Source: an uncultured Actinomycetota bacterium | GTDB taxonomy: Bacteria; Actinomycetota; Actinomycetes; JAHEKZ01 | DNA length: 64,000 nt | Direction: 5' to 3' | Assembly: GCA_963743915.1 (NCBI GenBank) | Contig: CAVURN010000002.1 | Coordinates: 480,001 to 544,000 of the forward strand | In this document: piece after piece, positions 53,368 through 63,020 of the stretch | How the letters are laid out: every line of letters begins with the position of its first letter | Position numbering within the stretch: position 1 is the first letter of the stretch | Notes under the pieces: generated by a model | The model's database searches: none | Told to the model about the DNA's origin: nothing | The model's input: only the letters and a program-made list of their open reading frames with translations | Position numbers and translations under genes: made by a program

Positions 53368-54366
53368 ATGGAGCATCGACGTCTTGGCCGCAGCGGCCTG
53401 AAGATCAGCGAGATCACCTACGGCAACTGGCTCACCCACGGTGCGCAGATCGACCAGGAGACCGCCACGGCCTGCGTCCACGCGGCGCTGAACGAGGGGA
53501 TCACGACCTTCGACACCGCCGACGTCTACGCGTGGGGCAAGGCGGAGTCGGCGCTCGGCGTCGCCCTCAAGGGACAGCGTCGTGAGGGCCTGGAGATCTT
53601 CACGAAGGTCTACTGGCCGACCGGGCACGGCGTGAACGACCGTGGGTTGTCGCGAAAGCACATCATGGAGTCGTGCCACGCCTCGTTGAAGCGGCTCGGC
53701 ACTGACTACATCGACCTCTACCAGGCGCACCGCTACGACTACGAGACTCCTCTCGATGAGGTGCTGTCCGCCTTCGACGACCTCATCCGTCAGGGCAAGG
53801 TGCTGTACGTCGGTGTCTCGGAGTGGAAGGCGGGACAGATCCACGAGGCCGTGCGGATGCAGCGCGAGCTCGGCTACGACCGCTTCGTGTCCAGTCAGCC
53901 CGAGTACTCGATGCTCTGGCGCGTGATCGAGGCCGAGGTCGTGCCCACGAGTCGAGAGCTCGGCCTCTCGCAGATCGTCTGGTCACCGATGGCGCAGGGT
54001 GTGTTGACCGGCAAGTACCTCCCGGGTCAGCAGCACCCCCAGGGCAGCCGGGCCACGACGTCCGACGGCGCCGAGATGATGGAGGACTACCTCACCGACG
54101 ACATCCTCACCCGGGTGCAGCAGCTCAAGCCCCTTGCCGCGGAGGCGGGCCTCAGCATGGCGCAGCTGGCCATCGCCTGGGTGCTGCAGAACGACAACGT
54201 CGCCGCTGCACTCGTCGGGGCGTCCCGTCCCGAACAGGTGAAGGACAACGCGGGCGCATCCGGCGTCCGACTCGAGCCGGAGCTGATGAAGCGCATCGAC
54301 GAGGTCCTCGGCGACGTCGTCGAGCGCGACCCGTCCAAGACCGAGAGTCCCGACCCTCGCGCCTGA
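53368..54366 (+). CDS. aldo/keto reductase, Kv-beta-like
   Basis: LGRSGLKISE, FDTADVY, TKVYW, HRYD, WSPMAQG. Confidence 0.92.
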   Translation: MEHRRLGRSGLKISEITYGNWLTHGAQIDQETATACVHAALNEGITTFDTADVYAWGKAESALGVALKGQRREGLEIFTKVYWPTGHGVNDRGLSRKHIMESCHASLKRLGTDYIDLYQAHRYDYETPLDEVLSAFDDLIRQGKVLYVGVSEWKAGQIHEAVRMQRELGYDRFVSSQPEYSMLWRVIEAEVVPTSRELGLSQIVWSPMAQGVLTGKYLPGQQHPQGSRATTSDGAEMMEDYLTDDILTRVQQLKPLAAEAGLSMAQLAIAWVLQNDNVAAALVGASRPEQVKDNAGASGVRLEPELMKRIDEVLGDVVERDPSKTESPDPRA

Positions 54367-54374
54367 CTGCTGTT

Positions 54375-54448
54375 CGGTGATCGGAGCATCTTCGTCATTC
54401 TGGACGCCGGATTCGCGGGCGCCGATGACGGAAATGCTCCGATCACCG
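54375..54448. repeat. long inverted repeat (terminator or REP-like) between convergent genes
   Basis: 24-nt arms CGGTGATCGGAGCATCTTCGTCAT / ATGACGGAAATGCTCCGATCACCG, 2 mismatches. Confidence 0.75.
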
Positions 54449-54459
54449 CAGGTGTGGGC

Positions 54460-54672
54460 TCACTCGGTCGGAGGGTGCAGGGACATCGGCCCGTACACCT
54501 CACGCTCTTCCTCCATCAGCGTCACCGCGTCGACACCGGCCCGCAGGAGCATCTCCCACTCCTCACCGATCCACGTCTCCGCGTCGGACTGCGAGCTGAA
54601 CGAGGGTGCCTCGCTGCCCTCGACCTCCGCCGGCGATGCATCCGTCCGCTCGTACCGCCACGTCCATGCCAT
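54460..54672 (-). CDS. small conserved actinobacterial protein
   Basis: MAWTWRYE...FSSQSDAETWIGEEW...VYGPMSL; RBS GAAGGAG. Confidence 0.75.
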   Translation of the reverse strand: MAWTWRYERTDASPAEVEGSEAPSFSSQSDAETWIGEEWEMLLRAGVDAVTLMEEEREVYGPMSLHPPTE

Positions 54673-54788
54673 CGTCAGCACGCTCCTTCGCCAGTCATCC
54701 GTCCACGGGGCATACGTAGTGATCGCCCGGCCGGGCTTCTTTGACGCCGACCGCTCAGGTGTGATCAGATCACGCCCACAACTCCATC

Positions 54789-54898
54789 CGCCCGTTGGCG
54801 GGGGAAGTCCGGTCGAATTCCGGCGCTGACCCGCAACCGTAGGCCGCGCACGTGCTCGCACGTGTCCCGCGGCGAGCCGGGATACCCGACAACTGGCG
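54789..54898 (+). ncRNA. cobalamin riboswitch (short form)
   Basis: GGGAAGTCCGGTCGAATTCCGGCGCTGACCCGCAACCGTA...GAGCCGGGATACC B12 box; TTGACG upstream; precedes transport and cob genes. Confidence 0.88.
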
Positions 54899-55047
54899 AG
54901 CGGCTCCCTTTTTCGTCGAGGTCTACGGGGCGGAGCCCGGGCACTCCCGCCCGTCCGCGCCCCTGCCAGCCACCCATCGGTGGCCCAGGGGCGTTGTCGT
55001 GCGGGAGACCGGGGTGCTCCGGGGATCGCTCACCCCGAGAGGTACTG

Positions 55048-56118
55048 ATGCACTTCAGCCTGCGCCGACTCACCGGCGCGCTCACGGCCGCCGCCGTCAC
55101 CGGCGGCCTGCTCCTGACCGCGCCCGTCCCGACTGCGACGGCAGCCACATCCGACGATCCTGCCCGCACCGGTCTGTTCGGCGGCCAGGACCCCACGTTC
55201 GACGGCGTCTATCGCCAGAGCCTGTCCCTCATCGCCCTGGACGCCGCGGGCGCCAGGCTTCCGGGGTCGGCGGTCAAGTGGCTGCTCCGCCAGCAGTGCC
55301 CGAACGGCAAGTTCACCTCGTTCCGGGCCGACGTGTCGGAGCCGTGCGGTGCCTACGACAGCAATGCCACCGCCCTGGCGATCATGGCACTGAAGGCGGT
55401 GGGCGAGGGTGCAGCCGCTCGCACCTCTCTGGAGTGGCTCCTGGGCAAGCAGCTGCGGAACGGGGGGTGGGAGTACAGCCCCGGGTGGAAAGCGGACGCC
55501 AGCAGCACCGGCTACGTGGTCCAGGCGATGGTCACCATGGGAGTGAAGCCGCGCTCGGTGGCCAGACGCGCGAGCGGCCCGCAGTACCTGCGCAGCGTGC
55601 AGCTTCGCTGCGAGCATGAACCAGCCAAGGAGCGAGGCGCGCTCACGTACCTCGGCACCGCCGACGCCTTCTCGACGGTGCAGGCGACCCCCGCCCTGGC
55701 CGGGGACGCACTGCCCGTCGACGCGCGGACGGTCAAGAACCGACTGCCCGCGCTCACGTGCCCCAAGGAGGGTGACCAGCCCTCGGCTGCCGCAGTCGCC
55801 GCGGGCTACCTCGGTCGAGTGATCGACGACAACGCCGGCACCGTGCCCGGCTACGGCGGAGGACCCGACTACGGCAACACCGCCAATGCCGTGCTGTCGA
55901 TGGTCGCCGCAGGATTCGGCGCCCAGCAGGTGGACGCGGCGATGGCTGCGCTCGAGGCGAACGCCGCCGACTACACGCGCGACGACGCCGACGAGGTCGT
56001 CCCGGGTGCGGCCGCGCTCGTGGTGCTGGCCGAGCTCGCCACGTCCGGCTCCCCACGTGACGTCGACGGCCTCAACCTGGTCCGCGACCTCCTGAGCTCG
56101 CGCACCCGGGCGGGCTGA
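55048..56118 (+). CDS. secreted prenyltransferase/squalene-oxidase-repeat (alpha/alpha barrel) protein
   Basis: Signal peptide; WLLRQQCPNGKF, DSNATALAIMAL, WLLGKQLRNGGW, DASSTG. Confidence 0.8.
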   Translation: MHFSLRRLTGALTAAAVTGGLLLTAPVPTATAATSDDPARTGLFGGQDPTFDGVYRQSLSLIALDAAGARLPGSAVKWLLRQQCPNGKFTSFRADVSEPCGAYDSNATALAIMALKAVGEGAAARTSLEWLLGKQLRNGGWEYSPGWKADASSTGYVVQAMVTMGVKPRSVARRASGPQYLRSVQLRCEHEPAKERGALTYLGTADAFSTVQATPALAGDALPVDARTVKNRLPALTCPKEGDQPSAAAVAAGYLGRVIDDNAGTVPGYGGGPDYGNTANAVLSMVAAGFGAQQVDAAMAALEANAADYTRDDADEVVPGAAALVVLAELATSGSPRDVDGLNLVRDLLSSRTRAG

Positions 56119-56119
56119 C

Positions 56120-57013
56120 ATGGCGACCGCGCTCCGCCGTCCCGCGCACCGGACCTTCGCACTGCTCGCGGTGCTCGTGGTCCTCGCGGGGACGGTCGGC
56201 GCGTGGGGCTCCGGCACGGCGGAAGCCTCCTCCTACCGCTACTGGTCGTACTGGATCGGCGGCGGCGACGGTTGGGGCTTCTCGACGCAAGGAGCGGCAC
56301 GACGTCCGGCGGACGGAACCGTCGACGGCTGGCGCTTCTCGATCAGCGAGGCCTCTTCGTCGACGACTCCCCCGCGCCGTGAACCGTCGTTCGCCCGGAT
56401 CTGCGGCGACACGGCACCGGTGGCCGGCAGCAAGCGGGTGGGGCTGGTGGTCGACTTCGGCACCACGTCGGACGCGCCCCCCGGCGAGACGCCGCCGGCG
56501 CTTCTGGCGCGCTGCGTGGTGGTCCCCGAGGATGCCAACGGCTACGACGTCCTCGCGACCACCGTGAGCCTCCGCACGCAGGACGGCCTGGTGTGCGGCC
56601 TCGCCGGCTACCCGACCACCGAGTGCGGCGCTCCGGTCGCCGACAGGTCGCCGACGGACGAGCCCCAGGACCCAGAAGAGACCACGGGAGCCGGTGGGGG
56701 GTCGTCCACCGGGGGGGTCGCGGGTGGCGCGGAGCCGCCGGCCACCTCCGACGGTGGGGCGGGCGAAGGTTCTGGCACCGACCGCTCCGGTGAGGACCAG
56801 CGGAGCAAGCGCAAGGACGACAAGGCCGACAGGGAGGCGGATCCCGCTCCCGATGCAGCGGTGCCGGGCGACGCGACCGCCGTCGCCGCACCCGTGGGAT
56901 CGGACGTCACCCCCTCCGGCGGGGAGGGCAGCTCCACGGCGGTGCTGGTCGGCGTCGCTCTCATCGCCGTGATCGGCGCGGCCGCGTGGGTCGTCCAACG
57001 GAGGCGCGGATGA
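56120..57013 (+). CDS. SCO2322-family surface protein with C-terminal membrane anchor
   Basis: YRYWSYW...DGWRF, VVDFGT, CGLAGYP..EC, low-complexity stalk, TM plus RRR tail. Confidence 0.8.
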   Translation: MATALRRPAHRTFALLAVLVVLAGTVGAWGSGTAEASSYRYWSYWIGGGDGWGFSTQGAARRPADGTVDGWRFSISEASSSTTPPRREPSFARICGDTAPVAGSKRVGLVVDFGTTSDAPPGETPPALLARCVVVPEDANGYDVLATTVSLRTQDGLVCGLAGYPTTECGAPVADRSPTDEPQDPEETTGAGGGSSTGGVAGGAEPPATSDGGAGEGSGTDRSGEDQRSKRKDDKADREADPAPDAAVPGDATAVAAPVGSDVTPSGGEGSSTAVLVGVALIAVIGAAAWVVQRRRG

Positions 57014-58134
57014 CCCAATTTGCGCGCGCCCTGCACCCGGTTGCCTGGTGGCTGTGGGCGCTGGGACTTGCCGCAGCGGCGTCCCGGACGCTCAACCCGC
57101 TGCTGCTCGGCGCGATCATCGCGGTGGCCGCGCTGGTCGTGGCGGCGCGGCGGAGCGAGGCTCCGTGGGGCGCGAGCTTCCGCGCGTTCCTCCTGCTCGG
57201 GGTGTTCGTCCTGGGGATCCGCCTGGTGTTCGAGGTCCTCTTCGGGGCGCCGGTGCCGGGCACCACGATCGTGACGCTGCCCGAGCTGACCCTGCCGAGC
57301 TGGATGGCGGGTGCGCAGCTCGGCGGAGCCGTCACGCTCGAGGCCCTGGTCGCCGCGGTGTACGCCGGCCTGCAGCTCGTGGCGATCCTCGCGTGCGTGG
57401 GCGCCGCCAACGCGTTGGCCAACCCGACCCGGCTGCTCAAGAGCGTGCCGGGAGCGCTGTACGAGGTGGGGGTGGCCGTCGTCGTCGCGCTCACCCTCGT
57501 GCCGAGCGCCCTCGCCCACCTGCAGCGGGTGCGCGAGGCGCGACGGCTCCGGGGCCGCAGCAGCCGCGGTCTGCGAGCGGCGGCCCGGACCGCCGTGTCG
57601 GTGCTCGAGGGCGCTCTCGAGCGCTCACTGTCGCTGGCGGCTGCGATGGACTCCCGCGGGTTCGGACGCCTCAACCCGATCCCACCCGTCCAGCGACGGG
57701 TCACCACCGCCGTCACGGTGAGCGGACTCCTCGCGATCCTGGTGGGCGGGTACGCACTGCTCGACGCGGGGACCTCCGTCGGCGCCGCGATGGCGACACT
57801 GGGCGCAGGTGTGGCCCTGACCCTCGTCGGCCTGCGCCGGGCCAACCGCCGCGCGGTTCGCACCGTCTACCGGCCGGATCCCTGGCGGTGGCCCGAGCAC
57901 GCCACCGTGGCGTCGGGACTGCTGGCCGCGGTGGTCTACGCCGCTGTCGCCTCGCTCGACCCGACCGCCATGCTGCCGGCGACGTCGCCCCTGGCCTGGC
58001 CCGAGCTGCCTCTGCTGCCGCTGCTGGCCACTCTGCTGGCGGCGGCTCCGGCGTGGGTCACGCCGCCGGTGCCGCGCGACGTCCTGTCTGCCGCACCCCG
58101 GCCGGCACCTGAGCTCTCGGCGGTGGCCGCGTGA
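57010..58134 (+). CDS. ECF transporter T component (CbiQ/EcfT family)
   Basis: LHP.AWW, ARRLRG, AMDSRGF. Confidence 0.88.
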   Translation: MTQFARALHPVAWWLWALGLAAAASRTLNPLLLGAIIAVAALVVAARRSEAPWGASFRAFLLLGVFVLGIRLVFEVLFGAPVPGTTIVTLPELTLPSWMAGAQLGGAVTLEALVAAVYAGLQLVAILACVGAANALANPTRLLKSVPGALYEVGVAVVVALTLVPSALAHLQRVREARRLRGRSSRGLRAAARTAVSVLEGALERSLSLAAAMDSRGFGRLNPIPPVQRRVTTAVTVSGLLAILVGGYALLDAGTSVGAAMATLGAGVALTLVGLRRANRRAVRTVYRPDPWRWPEHATVASGLLAAVVYAAVASLDPTAMLPATSPLAWPELPLLPLLATLLAAAPAWVTPPVPRDVLSAAPRPAPELSAVAA

Positions 58135-59724
58135 TCACCTTCGACGACGTCACCCTCCGGTACCAGGACGCCGCACGTCCGGCCCTCAGTCACGTCACCC
58201 TGCACATCCCCGAGGGAGAGCTCGCCCTCGTGGTCGGGCGAACCGGATCAGGCAAGTCCTCGCTGCTCCGTGCCGTGAACGGCCTCGCTCCGTCCTTCAC
58301 CGGCGGCCGCCTCTCCGGCCGCGTGACCGTCGCCGGGCGTGACACGCGCGACCACGCACCTCGCGAGCTGGCGGACGTGGTCGGCACGGTGCTGCAGGAT
58401 CCGCGCGACGGCTTCGTCACCGAGATCGTCGAGGACGAGATCGCCTACGGCATGGAGTCGCTGGGGCTGGCCGCCGACGTCATGCGCCGCCGCGTCGAGG
58501 AGGCCCTCGACCTGATGGGGCTGCACGACGTGCGAAGCCGGCCACTCCGCACGCTCTCCGGTGGCCAGCAGCAGCGCACCGCCATCGCCTCGGTGCTCGC
58601 CCAGCACCCTCGGGTGCTCGTGCTCGACGAGCCGACGTCCGCCCTCGACCCCAGCGCGGCCGAAGAGGTGCTCGCAGCGCTGCAGCGGCTCGTCCACGAC
58701 CTCGGACTGACCGTGCTGCTCGCCGAGCACCGGCTCGAGCGGGTCGTGCAGTTCGCCGACCGGATCGTGCACGTGCACGGGGGCGAGGCCACCGTCGGCG
58801 CCCCCGCCCAGGTCATGGTGGACGCCCCCGTGGCGCCTCCCGTGGTCGAGCTCGGACGCTGGGCGAAGTGGGAGCCACTCCCGCTGTCGATCCGCGATGC
58901 CCGGCGTCTGGCTGCGCCGCTGCGTGAGACGCTGCGCGCCCTGCCGGCAGCTCCGGCACCACGAGCACCCCTCGGCCGACGGGTCGCGGAGGTGAGCGGC
59001 CTGCACGTCGCCTTCGGCGACCATGTCGCGCTGCAGGACGTGACGCTGAGCCTGCACGCCGGCGAGATCGTGGCGGTGATGGGCCGCAACGGCGCCGGGA
59101 AGTCCACCCTGCTGCGCAGCCTCGTGGGTCTGACAGACCCCACGCGCGGTCGCGTGGAGGTGGGCGGCGACGCTCCGGGCGGGCTCTCCGCCGACGCACT
59201 CGTACGCACGCGTCGGCATGGTCCCTCAGGAGCCGGGCGACCTGCTGTGGCACGAGAGCGTCGAAGGTGAGTGCGGAGACTCACCCTCGCCCGACGCGGC
59301 GCGCGCGGTGTACGCCGAGCTCGCCCCCGGGGTCGACCCTCAGACACACCCCCGTGACCTGTCCGAGGGCCAACGGCTCGCGCTCGCTCTCGCGGTCGTG
59401 CTGGCGGCAGATGCTCCCCTGCTGCTGCTCGACGAGCCGACGCGGGGGCTCGACTACCCCACCAAGCACCGGCTCGTCGCCCTGCTGCGGCGCCGCGCCG
59501 CGTCCGGCCACACCGTCGTGGTCGCCACGCACGACGTCGAGCTGGCGGCCGACCTTGCGACCCGCACCGTCGTCGTCGCCGACGGTGAGATCGTCACCGA
59601 CGGCCCCACCCGAGACGTCGTGACCGCGTCTCCGCAGTTCGCCCCGCAGGTGGCCAAGATCCTGGCCCCCACGCCCTATCTCACGGTCACCGACGTCACG
59701 GCTGCGCTGGCGGTGTCCCCGTGA
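58131..59724 (+). CDS. ECF transporter fused double ATPase (frameshift near 59210)
   Basis: GRTGSGKS...LSGGQ...LDEPT; GRNGAGKST...LSEGQ...LDEPT. Confidence 0.9.
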
Positions 59725-60527
59725 CGAGTGCGCACCGGCTGACTCCCCGATCGGCGACGGCGATCGGGATCGTCTCGCTCATCGGCCTGCTCGCGTTCGG
59801 CTGGCCGCTGCTGGTCGAGCCCGGAACCTGGCTCGCGGAGAGCCCGGACGGGCCCTGGTTCTTCGCGCTGCTGGTGCCCCTGCTGCTCGCCGTGGTGCTG
59901 GCCGAGGTCTCCGAGGGAGGGATCGACGCGAAGACCATCGCGCTGCTGGGGGTGCTCACCGCTGTCGCCGCTGCGCTGCGACCGCTGTCCGGCGGCGTGA
60001 CCGGGTTCCAACCGATGTTCGTGGTGCTGGTGATCGGGGGTCGGGTGTTCGGGCCGGGGTTCGGCTTCCTGCTGGGGGCGACCTCGATGCTCACCTCCGC
60101 CCTGCTGACCGGTGGGGTCGGGCCGTGGCTGCCGTTCCAGATGCTGGGCGCGGCCTGGATCGGTCTCGGCGCCGGGCTGCTCCCCCGGGCCCGAGGACGC
60201 CGTGAGGTCGCCCTGCTGGCCGGGTACGGGGCCCTCACCGCACTGGCCTTCGGACTGCTGCTCAACCTCTGGTTCTGGCCGTTCGTCGTCGCCGACGGAA
60301 GCATCGCCTTCGTCGCGGGTGCGCCCATCACCGAGAACCTCGGTCGGCTGCTCGCCTTCACCGTGGCGACCTCCTGGGGCTTCGACATCCCGAGAGCCTT
60401 GGGGAACGCCGTACTGATCGCGCTGCTCGGTGCGCCGGCGTTGCGGGTGCTGCGGCGCGTCCACCGGGTCGCCGCCTTCGATGCGCTGCCCGAGTTCACG
60501 CCCGCACCCACCCGAGCGACCGCGTGA
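59721..60527 (+). CDS. ECF transporter S component, CbrT-like
   Basis: GRVFGPGFGF, GVGPWLPFQML, FDIPRA. Confidence 0.85.
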   Translation: MTSAHRLTPRSATAIGIVSLIGLLAFGWPLLVEPGTWLAESPDGPWFFALLVPLLLAVVLAEVSEGGIDAKTIALLGVLTAVAAALRPLSGGVTGFQPMFVVLVIGGRVFGPGFGFLLGATSMLTSALLTGGVGPWLPFQMLGAAWIGLGAGLLPRARGRREVALLAGYGALTALAFGLLLNLWFWPFVVADGSIAFVAGAPITENLGRLLAFTVATSWGFDIPRALGNAVLIALLGAPALRVLRRVHRVAAFDALPEFTPAPTRATA

Positions 60528-61873
60528 GAGTGCGCCTGCTCGGCACGGGGTCCGCCGACGGGTGGCCCAATCCGTTCTGCACCTGCGCGTCCTGCGCCGA
60601 CGCGCGGCTGACCGGTGCGGTGCGCGGTCAGACCGGCGCCCTGGTCGACGACTCGGTGCTCATCGACTGCGGACCGGAGATCCCCGCCGCCGCCTCGCGG
60701 GCAGGGATCGACCTGACCGGGGTGCGGACCTTGCTCTTCACCCATCAGCACCCGGACCACGTCGGTCCTGCTGTGCTGCTCTTCCGGCACTGGGCACGAC
60801 GAGTCGAACCCCTCGCCGTGTACGCACCGCAGCGGGTGATCGAAGAGCTGCGCCACTGGGTCGCACCGACGGATCCGGTCACGTTCCACGGCGTCACTGC
60901 GGCCGACACCGTCACGTTCGACGGCTACACGGTGCGCACGCTGCCGGCCGACCACGGTGACGTCACGACCGGCGAGGCGGTGCTCTTCGAGCTCACCGCC
61001 CCGGACCGGCGGCGGCTGCTGTACGCCACTGACACCGGTCCGCTCACTGACGACGCGGTGGACGCCCTCCGTGGGAGGCCGCTGGACCTGGTGCTGCTCG
61101 AGGAGACGTTCGGCGACCACGTCACGCACGGGACCCGCCACCTCGACCTGACCACCTTCCCGGACCAGCTGCGCAGGCTGCGCGAAGTGGGCGCACTGGT
61201 CGATGCGACCGACGTGGTCGCCGTCCACCTCTCGCACCACAATCCGCCGACCTCCGAGCTGGCGCGGCGCCTGGCGGCATGGGGAGCGCGGGTCGTCCCC
61301 GACGGCACTGTCATCGACGTCGGCGCAACGGCAGCCTCGCGACCGGCACTCCCCCACCGGACGTTGGTCATCGGCGGAGCGCGGTCGGGCAAGTCGCGGC
61401 ACGCCGAGCAGATGGTCACCGCCTCGTCCCGAGTCACCTACGTGGCGACCGGACCGACCGATGACGGCGACCCGACGTGGTCGGCGCGGGTCGAGTCACA
61501 CCGACGGCGACGGCCCGGTCACTGGACGACGCGCGAGACGACGGACGTGGCCGGCGTCCTGGCGTCGGCGTCTCCGGGCGAGGTGGTGCTCGTCGACTGC
61601 TTGACCCTGTGGCTCACACGGGTCATGGACGACGCCGGCGCGTGGGACGGTGACCTCGCTCTGGTCGACAAGCAGGTCGACCAGCTGCTCGACGCCTGGC
61701 GCGCCACGCGCGCCACTGTCGTCGCCGTCAGCAACGAGGTGGGACAGGGCGTCGTGCCCTCCACGGCGTCCGGCAGACTCTTCCGCGACGCGCAGGGACG
61801 ACTCAACGCGCGCCTGGCCCGCGAGGCCGACGAGGTCGTCATGATGGTGGCCGGGCGTCCGGTCCGCCTGTGA
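60524..61873 (+). CDS. cobU: PhnP-like MBL hydrolase fused to CobU (adenosylcobinamide kinase/guanylyltransferase)
   Basis: N-terminal LGTGS...CTCASC, THQHPDH, YATDT, HLSH; C-terminal [24 protein letters not shown]. Confidence 0.9.
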   Translation: MRVRLLGTGSADGWPNPFCTCASCADARLTGAVRGQTGALVDDSVLIDCGPEIPAAASRAGIDLTGVRTLLFTHQHPDHVGPAVLLFRHWARRVEPLAVYAPQRVIEELRHWVAPTDPVTFHGVTAADTVTFDGYTVRTLPADHGDVTTGEAVLFELTAPDRRRLLYATDTGPLTDDAVDALRGRPLDLVLLEETFGDHVTHGTRHLDLTTFPDQLRRLREVGALVDATDVVAVHLSHHNPPTSELARRLAAWGARVVPDGTVIDVGATAASRPALPHRTLVIGGARSGKSRHAEQMVTASSRVTYVATGPTDDGDPTWSARVESHRRRRPGHWTTRETTDVAGVLASASPGEVVLVDCLTLWLTRVMDDAGAWDGDLALVDKQVDQLLDAWRATRATVVAVSNEVGQGVVPSTASGRLFRDAQGRLNARLAREADEVVMMVAGRPVRL

Positions 61874-61886
61874 GCGGAGGTCACTG

Positions 61887-63018
61887 GTGGACATCGACCT
61901 GAAGCAGTTCCGCGACGCGATCGTCCGACCCGACGACGACGCGCGACGCGAGGCCGAAGCGCGCCAACGCCTGCTGACCAAGCCGGCCGGGGCCCTGGGG
62001 CGTCTCGAGAAGCTGTCGACGTGGGTGGCCTCCGTGCAAGGACAGTGTCCGCCGCACGCCCTCGAGCGCGCGCGAGTGGTGGTCTTCGCCGGGGACCACG
62101 GGGTGGCGGCGAGCGGCGTCTCGGCCTACCCGCCGGAGGTCACCGCGCAGATGGTGCAGAACTTCGTCGACGGCGGCGCCGCCGTCAACGTCCTCGCGCG
62201 GACCCTGGGCGCCACGGTGCGGGTGGTCGACATGGCGGTTGCGGTGTCGCTCCCCGGGCTGCCCGACGACGTGGTGCGTCACAAAGTGCGTCAAGGTTCC
62301 GGAAACATCGCCGTCGAGGACGCCCTCACCCGTGACGAGGTCGAGGCAGCCTTCGCTGCCGGTGTCGCGATCGCCGATGAGGAGGTCGACGCCGGCGCCG
62401 ACCTCCTCATCCCCGGCGACATGGGGATCGGGAACACGACACCGGCGGCAGCACTGATCGGGCTGCTCGGATCCCGGGACGCCGCTGCCGTCACGGGTCG
62501 CGGGAACGGGCATCGACGACGAGGCGTGGATGCGCAAGGCCGCGGCGGTGCGCGACGCGATGCGACGCGGACGCAGCGTCAAGGCCGACCAGCTCGCGCT
62601 GCTCGCCACGGTCGGTGGGGCCGACTTCGCGGCGATGACCGGATTTCTGCTGCAGGCAGCCGTCCGCAGAACTCCGGTGATCCTCGACGGCGTGGTCTCA
62701 GGCGCCTGCGCCATGGTGGCGCACCGCGTCGCGTACCGGTGCGCGAAGTGGTGGCAGGCGGGTCATCTGTCGGTCGAGCCGGCGCACGAGTACGTGCTCG
62801 CGCGGCTGCAGCTCGAGCCCCTGCTCGACTACCAGCTGCGGCTCGGCGAGGGGACGGGTGCGCTGCTGGCGTTGCCACTCGTCCGCGCGGCTCAAGCCAC
62901 ACTCGCGGAGATGGCCACCTTCGAGGACGCCGGGGTCGCCTCGCTCCCCCCGATCGACGAGGCACCTACCCCCGTGGACGACGAGCAGGACGACGCCGAC
63001 CACTTCGGCCGGAGGTAG
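61887..63018 (+). CDS. cobT: nicotinate-nucleotide--DMB phosphoribosyltransferase (frameshift near 62505)
   Basis: [37 protein letters not shown]. Confidence 0.93.
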
Positions 63019-63020
63019 TG

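Noticed and set aside
55048-56118. Terpene cyclase or biosynthetic gene cluster
   Set aside because: No DxDD motif, has a signal peptide, and lies under a B12 riboswitch with a transporter
2669-63018. Mass pseudogenisation or programmed frameshifting (well over 20 broken genes)
   Set aside because: Breaks are mostly single-base indels and also hit essential ctaD, qcrA, qcrB and qcrC, with motifs intact on both sides; typical of long-read consensus error
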